Shown here one piece after another: positions 59,051-59,571 of a DNA stretch of 59,571 nucleotides. This stretch comes from Saprospiraceae bacterium (GTDB lineage Bacteria > Bacteroidota > Bacteroidia > Chitinophagales > Saprospiraceae), in assembly GCA_016787545.1 (NCBI GenBank), contig JAEUUS010000144.1:1-59571 (forward strand). The letters run 5' to 3'. Every line of letters begins with the position of its first letter. Within the stretch, counting starts at the first letter, position 1. A program made the position numbers and the translations under genes. The notes under the pieces were generated by a model. The model made no database searches, was not told the DNA's origin, and was given only the letters and a program-made list of their open reading frames with translations.

Positions 59051-59113
59051 GAACCACAAAGGCACAAAGGGTACCAAGAAATGTATTTTGTGCCCTTTGT
59101 GCCTTTGTGGTTC
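59051..59113. repeat. Perfect 21-bp stem hairpin with a 21-nt loop, REP-like
   Basis: gaaccacaaaggcacaaaggg at 59051-59071 is the exact reverse complement of 59093-59113. The stem contains (cacaaagg) x 2. There is no flanking U-run. Confidence 0.8.
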
Positions 59114-59125
59114 AAAATATTGTTG

Positions 59126-59174
59126 TAAAAACGAAACATGAGCCACCCCCGAAATTCCGGGAATGACTCATGTT
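59126..59174 (-). terminator. Probable terminator of the SusD-like gene
   Basis: On the minus strand, AACATGAGTC...GGCTCATGTT (9/10 bp) is followed by TCGTTTTT, 47 nt after the stop at 59221. Confidence 0.45.
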
Positions 59175-59220
59175 GTGTCTTTGCGTTTTAAAATTTATCC
59201 GCGATTGGACTACTGTAACC

Positions 59221-59571
59221 TTAATACCCGTCGTTCTGCTCCAGATTTCGGTTTACCTCAATTTCGCGTGCAGGAATAGGGAATACCAGTTCCGGTGCAT
59301 CGTAATTAAGTCCGTCCACCGTACCTCTGACACGTTTGATGTCGTGAATTTTATGTCCCTCAAAAGCTAATTCCCTCCGGCGTTCCATTACAACATCTGC
59401 AGCAAAAGCCTGATTTACAGGTGCTAATCCGGCCCTTTCTCGAACTGGATTCAGGTAAACTGCACCATTTCCAAACAAGTGTGCCTCACACTCAGCTGCA
59501 ATCAGGTACATTTCAGCCAAACGGATAATCGGAATGTTCTTGTACTGATTCTTCCATTTTCCCGTGCGCAT
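59221..59571 (-). CDS. RagB/SusD-family nutrient-binding outer-membrane lipoprotein, C-terminal fragment (5' end outside the window)
   Basis: The C-terminal SusD signature ...IIRLAEMYLIAAECEA...ERRRELAFEGHKIHDIKR... is present. The ORF is open to the window edge. Confidence 0.88.
   Translation of the reverse strand: MRTGKWKNQYKNIPIIRLAEMYLIAAECEAHLFGNGAVYLNPVRERAGLAPVNQAFAADVVMERRRELAFEGHKIHDIKRVRGTVDGLNYDAPELVFPIPAREIEVNRNLEQNDGY

Overview
This 59.6-kb chromosomal segment reads as Bacteroidota. Seven proteins end in a Por/T9SS type-A C-terminal sorting domain ([VIF]YPNP...), there are SprB and HYR repeats and a SusD/RagB fragment, several genes have TAnnTTTG -7 boxes close to their starts, and many genes have lipoprotein or signal peptides. 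I call about 46 CDS, one tRNA-Arg(TCT), several rho-independent terminators and a set of structured repeats. Most genes are housekeeping: metH, murB, purL, ung, an OmpR/HisKA two-component pair, prolyl oligopeptidase, an acyl-CoA carboxylase beta subunit, HMG-CoA lyase, tRNA/rRNA methyltransferases and a cold-shock protein. They are interleaved with accessory genes. These include a 13.5-kb block of four giant T9SS cargo genes, a secreted PLD-family enzyme, an RNase (barnase/Sa family) with barstar, a KirBac-like K+ channel and a Cry-DASH photolyase. There are also an ECF sigma/anti-sigma pair, a diheme cytochrome c with a parallel beta-helix partner, and a GRDP-like protein next to a membrane protein with a Gly/Cys tail. 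I saw no CRISPR array, transposase, integrase, reverse transcriptase or recognisable defence system. The strongest unexplained signal is non-coding: a family of long, imperfect palindromic elements whose arms are built from short tandem units of 7, 8, 9 or 14 nt. They fill intergenic gaps at 1985-2353, 12567-12652, 39424-39539, 40403-40533, 51400-51588, 51616-51798, 52281-52463 and 59051-59113. Two copies share a 151-nt core with only 2 mismatches and bracket a single small lipoprotein gene. Another pair of tracts brackets the RNase/barstar module. The candidate protein systems of unknown function are the cytochrome/beta-helix pair and the GRDP-like/Gly-Cys-tail pair. All homology statements come from motif recognition by eye; no searches were run.
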